In this document: in pieces, positions 1 through 10,373 of the stretch
Layout: the number at the start of each line of letters is the position of its first letter
Numbering within the stretch: the stretch's first letter is position 1
Assembly (NCBI GenBank): GCA_002269645.1
Contig: NIVC01001362.1
Location: 241,752 to 305,751, forward strand
Reading direction: 5' to 3'
From: Macrostomum lignano
Lineage: Eukaryota
Length of the DNA stretch: 64,000 nucleotides
Position numbers and translations under genes: made by a program
Notes under the pieces: generated by a model
What the model was told of the DNA's origin: nothing
What the model saw: the letters and a program-made list of their open reading frames with translations, nothing else
Database searches by the model: none

Positions 1-159
1 TGGGTTATCGGTTATCCTATGCGGTTATCTTGGGTACCTCAAGGACACGGGACGAGCTGAGTTCTTCCCCACCGCCGGTGAGGAGATGCAATTAAGTTAG
101 AAAAGTTTAAAAAATCAAACATAATATTTAAAATAGAAACCGGCGACAACGCAGCTGAT

Positions 160-400
160 CCCGAAATCATATTCAACGAGCGAGGCAACAAAGACATTCG
201 AAAGGTCTGCTATAAGTACGCTCGTAGCTTCAAGCTAAGCTCAAAGGAACTCTGAGATCTGAGAAACTTTTTCAGAGATCAGTATCAAATTGTATCTCGG
301 ATCGGTTGGAGTGAGCAGTCAGGACAAAGACAGGGCTGTGAAGGTACTGGAGAGTGTTGCTGAGGTGAATTCTCTCAGAAACATTGCAGTAGAGTCGTTT
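160..400 (+). pseudogene. Degenerate copy of exon 1 of the orphan gene at 1990-2884
   Basis: GGAGTGAGCAGTCAGGACAAAGACAGGGCTGTG is shared exactly with ~2148-2180, and weaker similarity extends both ways. The copy has stops and frameshifts. Confidence 0.6.
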
Positions 401-1247
401 TGGATGCTTTGAGGAGATTTTATAATTAGTACAGTGTATCGGCCATAAGTCTTTATCTGCTCATGTTTTCCTAATCTATAAACTGTACCATATAATGGCT
501 ATACCATTAAAATGTATATGCTGTCATTTGTTTAATTATTGCAATACATGCCCATCGGTGTACACTCAGACTAAAAATTACCCTACATGTTCTCCCGCTA
601 CGAGCACATCATCACACTACCTGTCAGTGGCAGCTTCTCGTGCTCAGCGAGTCTTGACAATCTTGACTGTGAGCAATAGCTGGCTAACTACTGTACTCAC
701 AGTAAAGAACTCAGTGTACATAGCATTTACTATTGTTTAATCTTATAGTAACTTTCAAAATTCTGCTAATTTTGCTCGGAACAAGGTAAAATTATAGTCT
801 GCTCCTATGCTTAATTTGTTATTAATTTCGTTTTAATGACAGCAAATGACAGCAAAATTCATTGCGTCATAATGGTCATCAAAAACTAATGAATGATTGA
901 CTTGCACCTCTCCTGATGCCAAAACGGCGTTTTAGGCTCCACTGCGATTCGTATTTCATGCCTTTTCAATAATATACTTAATCCATTCATCACTTCCAGT
1001 CCTGATGATTTATCGATATTAATACTTATTCAGTTACTCAGTAGTAGTATGGTTAGGAAACTGTTTAACTTCTTTAACCTGTGAAATACGCTATTAAGCT
1101 ATAAGACTTAAATAAGCTATTAAGTCTTACAGCTTAAAATTACCTAATTACCAACTGCCGCTAAAATACATACAGAGGGCTGCGATTCTTTTACGAGTAC
1201 GAGTATCTAATAGGATGCTTAGAGTTTCAAAAATGAGAGTAAGATCT

Positions 1248-1670
1248 CAGCTATGAGAATCTAATGGGGAATCCGAGAGTCTGGGCTATGAGAATCTAAT
1301 GGGGGAAACTGAGAGTCTCAGCTATGAGAATCTAATGGGGGAACTGAGAGTCTCAGCTATGAGAATCTAATGGGGGAACTGAGAGTCTCAGCTATGAGAA
1401 TCTAATGGGGGAAACTGAGAGTCTCAGCTATGAGAATCTAATGGGGAACTGAGAGTCTCAGCTATGAGAATCTAATGGGAGAACTGAGAGTCTCAGCTAT
1501 GAGAATCTAATGGGAGAACTGAGAGTCTCAGCCATGAGAATCTAATGGGATAACTGAGAGTCTCAGCTATGAGAATCTCTTGGGATAACTTAGAGTCTCA
1601 GCTTGAAAATCTCATGAGGAACTGAGAGTCTCAGCCTAAGAGAATCTCAAGGGGAACTGAGAGCCTCAGC
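1248..1670. repeat. 35-bp minisatellite (GAGAGTCTCAGCTATGAGAATCTAATGGGGGAACT)
   Basis: About 12 tandem copies read directly. Confidence 0.95.
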
Positions 1671-1989
1671 TATGATATTCATTCTCGAACCAAACCGAAC
1701 AGTGACAAAATGTGCTCACAATCTAATTATCGATTGGTTCCTTATTACAGGATCTCTCAAAAACGGTTGTACCTTGTGGCGATTGTACTTTAAAAGGAAG
1801 TTTCGCTTTAATTCTTCGGCAATTCCACGAATTTTCCACGGCATTTTCGCGGAGTTACCGCTAATGCCTTTTGTTATGGCGGTCTCTTTTAAAAAGCAGC
1901 TTTATGCCAAACCAAAAAGAGAGTGAAAGCAGACACCCTGTTGTTGCATATTAGATTTACTATCCTGAATTATTAGGTTAGATAGAACA

Positions 1990-2884
1990 ATGGAAAACGA
2001 TTCACCATCTCAAGAGTTCATTGCTCTCCAAATCGACCTTAACGAGGCAAAAAAGAAATTTGATAGCTCTGCTAAGCAGTTTCATGCTCAAGTGAAATCT
2101 GAGACCAACTTTCTCAGAGACAGCACCAGAGTGATTCTCGGCTCGGAAGGAGTGAGCAGTCAGGACAAAGACAGGGCTGTGGAGGCACTGGAGAGTTTTG
2201 TTGATGTGGGTTCTCTGATTAGCAGAGCAGAGCCCAGAACAGTAGTATATTTGAGGTAAGTACGAGTATTCAACGATATATGCTTACTTTGTCATCGGTG
2301 TAAACTTGGTAGGACAGAATTTCCATTCACTGCTCGAACAGCAAATGATATTTTTTAGCATTCAAAAGTCATTTGAGAGTGGAGAAGTTTTACATAATTT
2401 GTGTCGGCAATGCGGTGTTTTTAGGTTAGAAGAAATCTGCTTGAGTCCATCATTGTGATTGGCGTATCTGCTATCAATATATATCAATTTTAGATGGTTT
2501 CATGAGTTGAGACACAAGTTATTGACATCAATGGAGACACACCAGGAAATTTGGGGCAGTTTCGAGCAGGTCATGACTCCACATGTACGTCGCATTGTGC
2601 TCAGCCCAGCCGAGCTAATCACGGATCACGCAGAGGACCCGGACTGGATCAGCTCACAGGACATCAAGTATTATGTGGACCGACTGAACAACTACCCTGT
2701 CACTATTCGAGAGATGGACAGGCTAATTGTTGCTATGGAGATTGAAATAAACAAGATTGCCGAGTGCGAAGCCAGGATGCGGCAGCTGGAGGCTGAGGCG
2801 GGACCTGCTGGACTTCAGCTGGATCCCACAGCTGCCGCCAGACTGCGGGATGAGAGAGTCGCCATGCTGCTGCGGGCCTGCTGA
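1990..2884 (+). CDS. Orphan two-exon gene, ~218 aa, predicted helical/coiled-coil, function unknown
   Basis: Exon 1 1990-2255 (ATG; donor AG|GTAAG). Exon 2 2494-2884 (acceptor TTTTAG|; stop TGA). The phase-2 junction AG+A gives Arg and joins the two ORFs in frame. Confidence 0.65.
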
Positions 2885-3419
2885 GCTCTGTGCGCGATTC
2901 TACCGAATTTACTACTTACGGTTTAGTCTTACTTCTAGTAGTAAAGTGTGTTTAAGCAGGCAATTTTAATGATCATCAATTAAGACTTTACACTTGTAAA
3001 ATAATTTGTAAATTCATAAATTTAAGTTTCCCCAACTTTAAGGTTTTGTGTGCTTTTCGTTTTTTTATTCCCCTTTGTTCAGCTTAAACGCACGTCCAAT
3101 GTGATGCAGTTCAACTTTGTAAACCATTGCTTTCTTTTAAAATTCGCAAAATCCCCCAAAAAATTAACAAAAACTGTAAAATTTAAAAATCATAAATCAT
3201 AAAATGACAAAAACAGATTACTCTAATGTCAAATGCATGCGATTTTTTTTAACTGTATCAATTAATCGTACCTGTAATAAAATGCGCCATAACATATTGC
3301 ATTGCTAATAGATGCGGAATTCACATTAAAAGGTTTTATTTGTACTTTTTCTTTGTATTTTGAACTTAAATAGACTTTGTTTCTAAGCCTTTGGCTCAAT
3401 TTTAGCCCGTTCAATGTCC

Positions 3420-3765
3420 ACTACCCTCCCCCTCCTTTCTCCCCCCTCCAGCCTCCCCCTCCTTTCTCCCCCTCCAGCCTCCCCCTCCTTTCTCCCCCTC
3501 CAGCCTCCCCCTCCAGCCTCCCCCTCCTTTCTCCCCCTCCAGCCTCCCCCTCCTTTCTCCCCCTCCAGCCTCCCCTCCTTTCTCCCCCTCCAGCCTCCCC
3601 CTCCTTTCTCCCCTCCAGCCTCCCCCTCCTTTCTCCCCTCCAGCCTCCTCTCCTTTCTCCCCCTCCAGCCTCCTCTCCTTTCTCCCCCTCCAGCCTCCTC
3701 TCCTTTCTCCCCTCCAGCCTCCTCTCCTTTCTCCCCCTCCAGCCTCTCCTCCAGTCCTACCTCCA
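3420..3765. repeat. Pyrimidine-rich minisatellite (CCTCCTTTCTCCCCCTCCAG-like)
   Basis: Tandem C/T-rich units; it explains the Pro/Leu/Ser ORFs at 3377 and 3414. Confidence 0.95.
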
Positions 3766-4426
3766 GCCTAATCCTCCAATCTCACCCTCATGTCTCGCCC
3801 TCCTGTCTCACCCTCTAGTCTCACTCTCTCGTCTCTAGTGAGTCTAGTCTCACCCTTCATTCTCCCCCTCAGAGTCTCAGACCCACTCGACCACTTTAGT
3901 CTCCAGTTTTTCCTAATCCCCCCTGCCCCTGGATTTCCTTGGAATTCTTAAGCCGAAAAGCAGTCATTTAATCTTTCAAATATTTCAGAAGACCGCGTAT
4001 CAAACGAGGCAGAATTGTTTGACTTGTCAAATTCCTAAAAGCTTTTATTATAAAGTCCAAAAGTACTTCTTTTTCCAAACTGTTTATGACGAAACTGTAT
4101 GAAATCTAAAAACAGACATGACGAAATCGTTGATTTCTTAGATTAGGGAGCGCCAGGCCAGTAGTGTTAGCGTTAGACGTACGAGTTCTGTTTCTATTTT
4201 TAGAAACCACGTCAATCCCCGCTTGCTTTGGGGTAAACCCCGTGACTGTTTCTAAAAATAGCCTCGCCTCGCCTCAGTCCTCTAAACAATGAGTCACCGA
4301 CCTACCAGGCTTTTTTTCGCTTCCTCCGCTATTTCGTCAGCTCAACTAGAATTTCTTATAAAATGAATCGTAGGCCAAACAAGTTGCAACGCTGAATTCT
4401 GAACATCTGACTATTTGAGTACAGAA

Positions 4427-6636
4427 ATGACAACAGCAACATTGACGATGACGATGACAGCAACAACTACAGACTCTGATTCCGGCGGTTCTAGCGGCGG
4501 TGATTCACCCATAGCCGCTAGTGGCAAAGACTCCTGCAACAGTTCAATTAGTGGCGAAAGCGACCCAGCAACAGCAGCTGGTGGCATGGAAGGCAGCTGT
4601 CGCGGTCAGCGGTACCGTCAGCTGCAACACCGTCAGCAGAGTGGCGACAGGCAACGAGGGTTCCCTCACCGCTGCTACTCTACCAGACGGCCTCTTCTGG
4701 CGACCTGGGAAGTCGTGCCGCTACGTCTGCAAGAACTTCCTTGTGGGTTACATTGAGGATCGCCGGCGCATGTACAGGCTGGTGCGTGAGGCGCCGCAGG
4801 CTACTGATGGCCAGGTTGGTGACTGTGCGGTGGAGATCGGGGACTGGCAGACAGGGGCAGGGCATTGTGACAGAATTGTACTGACAGACAAACAGACATA
4901 CTTAAGTAGATAGATTCTTATGCGAGGTAGAATATAAGCAGACACAAAGACATGATGAAACTATAAGGCATAAAGACATGACGACATAAAAACACAAACA
5001 CATAGAGTATTGAGACACTTAAGACATGAAGACACGAAGATAGAGACATGAAGACAACTGAGATATGAAGACACGAAGACACGAAGACATGAAGACAGGA
5101 AGGCATGAAAACATGAAGACACAAAGACATGAAGACACGAAGACATGAAGACACGAAGACATGAAGACACGAAGACATGAAGACACGAAGACATGAAGAC
5201 ACGAAGACATGAAGACACGATTTTATGAAGACATTAAGACATTAAGACACAAAGACACGAAGACATTAATACATGAAGACACGAAAACATGAAGACACGA
5301 AGACATGAAGACACAAAGACATGAAGACACGAAGGCACGAAGACACGAAGACAGAGACATGAAAACAACTGGGATATGGAGACATGAAGACACGAAGAGA
5401 CGATTTTATGAAGACATTAAGACATTAAGACACAAAGACACGAAGACATTAATACATGAAGACACGAAGACATGAAGACAGGAAGGCATGAAGACATGAA
5501 GACACAAAGACATGAAGACACGAAGACAGAGACATAAAAACAACTGGGATATGGAGACACGAAGACACGAAGACATGAAGACATGAAGACACAAAGTCAT
5601 GAAGATGCTAACACAGATACTTACATTTAACTAAATGATAAAAGGGCAGACACTAACGAAGTAACTAATAAAGTACCGAATGACTCAAACTCAATTCAAA
5701 CTTGACACCCACAGATTGGCGGCGGTCTTCACGTGACCACATTCGAGGCTGTCCGACGATTCAAAGACATGACGCTGACGAAAGAATCGCTGCGAATTCT
5801 CATCCTACCGAATGCTGGGGCAGCTCCCTGGTGTCCGAGGTTCTGTCCTACGAGTACATGCGAAAGTGCTATCAAGCTGAGCTGTTGAAAACCGAAATGG
5901 AGGTGCAGTATTTTCCGTACGGCGGCTCAATCACTGACTATGTGATGCGGCTGTTTGATAGGAAGGTGAGTGGATTTTTTTCAATATAGTGCGGCTGCTT
6001 ATTAATCCGATATGTATCGGTAATCAAATTTCAGCCAATATTTATCGATAATCACATTGTAGCCGATATGTATCGATAGTCACACATTGTAGCCGATATG
6101 TATCGATAATCACATTGCAGCCGATATGTATCGATAATCACATTGTAGCCGATATGTATCGATAATGACATTGCAGCCGATATGTATCGATAATCAAATT
6201 GTAGCCGATATGTATCGACAATCACATTGCTGCCAATATGTATCGAGAATAAAGTTCCAGCCGATATGTATCGATAATCACATTTCAGCCGATATGTATC
6301 GATAATGACATTGCAGCCGATATGTATCGAAAACCTCATTATTTACAGGTGGCTGTTTCTGTGACTCGAGCTCTCCGATTTGACGGCGAGCCGTTCACGG
6401 TGGATAATGGCGTCCGATTGCTCACCAAGAAGCTGCTGGGTATTCGACAGGCTGACAGAAACAGTCTGGAGTCCTGGCAGCGACACGTTCTGCACGTGTG
6501 GGCTGACGGTCGGGCGGTGACGGAGGCGCTGGCCGAGGCGCATCGCCAACTACCGGCGAGCGTCCTTGGCAACGCAATCGTTCTGTTGACCTGCGTGCGG
6601 AACTGCAAAGAAATATTCACCAACAATGTGAATTGA
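4427..6636 (+). CDS. AAC4-like protein, putative PD-(D/E)XK restriction-endonuclease-like fold; frameshifted in this sequence
   Basis: Exons ~4427-4814 (donor CAG|GTTGGT, less certain; one frame change near 4590-4620), 5715-5965 and 6349-6636. Motifs: PNAG[G]SSLVSEVLSYE, LLKTEMEVQYFPYGGSITDY, K|VAVSVTRA, LLTKKL, WQRHVLHVW. One missing G at 5817-5820 is needed to restore PNAGGSS. The family call is from recalled motif similarity. Confidence 0.7.
4940..5605. repeat. 16-bp (2x8) minisatellite CATGAAGACACGAAGA in intron 1 of the AAC4-like gene
   Basis: Tandem copies read directly; source of the SSCLRVFM ORFs. Confidence 0.95.
6003..6332. repeat. 28-bp array with dyad core (AGCCGATATGTATCGATAATCACATTGC) in intron 2 of the AAC4-like gene
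   Basis: About 12 copies; the core CGATA-TG-TATCG is an inverted repeat. Confidence 0.9.
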
Positions 6637-7182
6637 CTGAGTTTGCCGTTGGGTACGTGTACATATATGGGAGACGTATATCCGTCTATCTTAGTCTATC
6701 TTAGCCTATTAAATCTCTTTATAGGAAAAAGCTTTTAGAAAAGCAAAATTTAAATATTAAAATAGACGATTTAAAGGCAAAAATCCCATGTAGTCTACTA
6801 AGCAGTAGCTAAATTCAAAAAAATTATTAGTAAAATCAAAACAGTGATCATGACTAGCTCTTCGCAATGTAACTTAAAAAGACAGAATTGGTAAGTTTAA
6901 GAATTTGCAGTTCGCGCGCATATACTACTGTTATCCCTCTCATATTTTAGCAGTTTTAATGCTTCAACGAGTATCTAACACACTTTCTTGTCTTCACTTT
7001 GTGTATACTGTATGTTAATAAGTACTCCTACTACTTTTGCACATACTAGTATATGTACAATAGATGAGTGTTCTATATTTTACACGCAAGATGTACAGTT
7101 TTATTTATTTTAATATTTTAAAATGCTTATACTTTGCACTAATGACATTGACTAATGTGATACAATTTTTTTTCAGACAAAA

Positions 7183-7510
<328 letters not shown>

Positions 7511-8184
7511 GAATTCAGGAGACAGTTGTGCAATAAGCAAACGAGAAACTTGAAGACACCAAATACTTAAACAAACAATAATATAAAAATACTAATAGTA
7601 AAACAAAACTCCAAAGTATCCCAAAGTAACCGATTATCTATTAGGAGCAGAGTAAAGCACCTTTTACAGTTTGTGCAACAATCTAGACACAAATTAAGAT
7701 AGACTTACGAAATATTTAATGTTGTGTACAATTCTACAAAAATAACAGAGTAATAAATTTATTGCTAGTCAACCTTTCCCAACGCCAACAAAAGGTTTCA
7801 TGCGCAAATGACGCAACACGTTCTGAAGTCACAGCCAGTAAATAAGCACTATTACCGCGGCCAAACACCCTCAAGGTCAGGTGTTGTTTGCGAAAATGTG
7901 CGAACACTGGAATGTGTGAAGGCTATGCACCATTGTGAGGGCTGCATTTCGGACAGCTATACATGTAAGGCGCGAGATGCCTGAAGGTGAGCGATACGCT
8001 GGTATTGCCGGTTCCAATATTATAATAAGAAGCGCTAATTACCCGTATAACACGGCATGTAGCGTGTTTGCCTGCTGATTTCAAACTTGCGTTCGCACCT
8101 CTGTCGAATCGTGGCAAGAGAATAGTGTGCAACATGTGGATTTACGTTAACTTGCAGTTGACAGAAATGTTGACAGAAATGTTA

Positions 8185-9032
8185 CCTGTTGGACAGGGCA
8201 ATCACACAGCCAGTGCTCACCTGTTGGACAGGGCAATCACATAGCCAGTGCTCACCTGTTGGACAGGGCAATCACATAGCCAGTGCTCACCTGTTGGACA
8301 GGGGAATCACACAGCCAGTGCTCACCTGTTGGACAGGGGAATCACACAGCCAGTGCTCACCTGTTGGACAGGGGAATCACACAGCCAGTGCTCACCTGTT
8401 GGACTGGGGAATTACACATCCAGTGCTCACCTGTTAGACAGGGGAATCACACAGCCAGTGCTCACCTGTTGGACAGGGGAATCACACAGCCAGTGCTCAC
8501 CTGTTGGACAGGAGAATCACAGTCTGTGCTTACCTGTTGGACAGGGGAATCACACAGCCAGAGCTCACCTGTTGGACAGGGGAATCACACAGCCAGAGCT
8601 CACCTGTTGGACAGGGGAATCACACAGCCAGTACTCACCTGTTGGACAGGGGAATCGCACAGCCAGTGCTCACCTGTGCTCACCTGAACCACACAGCAGC
8701 TGGAGAATCACATAGTATAGCTTGTGAATCACACAGCAGCTGGAGAATCACATAGTATAGCTTGTGAATCACACGGCAGCTTGTGAATCACACAGCAGCT
8801 GGAGAATCACATAGTATAGCTTGTGAATCACACGGCAGCTTGTGAATCACACGGCAGCTTGTGAATCACATAGTATAGCTTGTGAATCACATAGTATAGC
8901 TTGTGAATCACATAGTATAGCTTGTGAATCACATAGTATAGCTTGTGAATCACATAGTATAGCTTGTGAATCACATAGTATAGCTTGTGAATCACATAGT
9001 ATAGCTTGTGAATCACATAGTATAGCTTGTGA
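8185..9032. repeat. Compound array: 35-bp unit (CCTGTTGGACAGGGGAATCACACAGCCAGTGCTCA, 8185-8680) followed by 21-bp unit (GTGAATCACATAGTATAGCTT, 8688-9032)
   Basis: Read directly; both units contain GAATCACA. Confidence 0.95.
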
Positions 9033-9338
9033 ATCTTTTAATCTGTCAAACCAGTTTTCCATCCGCAATAATTTCGCACATCTCATAACGCTTCAGCTAT
9101 TCCAACGGATTCGCAAGCCACCAACCCGCGTCCCGCCTTCTCATTGGTTGAGCTCAAGTTCGAGGTGCGAAAGTTATATAAAACCAAGGTGTGAGAATTG
9201 ATCTCGTTCACTCACCCCCCAATCCGATCAAGGCTTATAAAAAGCAGACACAAACCACTCTACATGGAATTAGAAACAACTTTAACTATTAAATATTATT
9301 GATATTTTCGCCAAGGAACCATATCATAATCAGTCATC

Positions 9339-10373
9339 ATGTGCAGTCGTCTGGCTGAACGAGAGCTGCGTCGGCATCGACAGACGGCAGCACCGAGCGT
9401 CAGGCGGAGCTTCCGCAGCTGCCGAGCCGCTGGCAAGTCGCTGACCTCCTTGCTGCTCAAGAGAAGCGGCGACAGCAGCAGCGGTACTAGCGGCTTCCAT
9501 TTCGGCAGGGCGCTGCGTGAGCAGCCGCAGATGGTGGTGGCCGGAGTTGGCCCGGTGCCAAGCCTGCTGGCCGCCAGCTGCCGCTTCCTGTCCTCGGAGG
9601 CGGCGCAGTCAGCCGAGGGCCTGTTCCGGGTGGAGGGCGCCCGGCCGCGGCTGCTGCTGCTGCGCGCCAGGCTGGACGCCGACCGGAGCTGCGACATCCC
9701 GGCTGACACGCCGCCGCAGGACGTTTGTTCCACGTTGAAGGCCTGGCTAAGGCAGCTGCCGCGCCCGCTGCTGCCGGCTGCAACCGCCGAGGCTTTGTCC
9801 GGCGCTGCGAACTCGGCTCGCGAAGACTGCGACGGCGACGCTCAGCAGCGACTGTCGGCCCTCAGGGCGGTGGCGGCGGCGAATCTCGGCGGCGACGGAG
9901 GCTGCTCGGCCAGGGCGCTGCGCCTGCTGTGCCTGGTGCTACACCGGCTGGCCACTGCTGGTTGCCATGGCAACCGGATGGACTCGGCCAGTCTGGCCAC
10001 CTGCCTCGGGCCCTGCCTGTACGGCGCAGCAACTGCCGACTCCGCCGAGACCGCCGCTCGTCTCAACCGCGGCGTCGCCCTCCTCATCCGCTCCGCCCCG
10101 GACATCCCGGATGCAGCTGCCGATGCAGATGATGCCGAAGCCGAGCCTCCTTGTCAGAAGCTTCATCGTCGGCCGAGACCGCGCAGTCTCAGCCGCATCC
10201 GGGAGGCTGTGGTTCGAGCTGTCACTCGGCTCGGTGGCCAGAGTCGCAGTCGCAGCCGCAGTCGCAGCACTTCCGTCTCGCTGCTGAGGCTGCCGAGAGA
10301 GCCGGCCAGGATGCAGCCGGCCGCAGCCTCCTCCAAGCCCGAGCTCACCCGAGTGCGAAGTTTGCTCAGATGA
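9339..10373 (+). CDS. Single-exon RhoGAP-domain protein (344 aa)
   Basis: EGLFRVEG (arginine finger), DVCSTLKAWLRQLPRPLL and NRMDSASLATCLGPCL; GC-rich intact ORF with an Arg/Ser-rich tail. Confidence 0.88.
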   Translation: MCSRLAERELRRHRQTAAPSVRRSFRSCRAAGKSLTSLLLKRSGDSSSGTSGFHFGRALREQPQMVVAGVGPVPSLLAASCRFLSSEAAQSAEGLFRVEGARPRLLLLRARLDADRSCDIPADTPPQDVCSTLKAWLRQLPRPLLPAATAEALSGAANSAREDCDGDAQQRLSALRAVAAANLGGDGGCSARALRLLCLVLHRLATAGCHGNRMDSASLATCLGPCLYGAATADSAETAARLNRGVALLIRSAPDIPDAAADADDAEAEPPCQKLHRRPRPRSLSRIREAVVRAVTRLGGQSRSRSRSRSTSVSLLRLPREPARMQPAAASSKPELTRVRSLLR

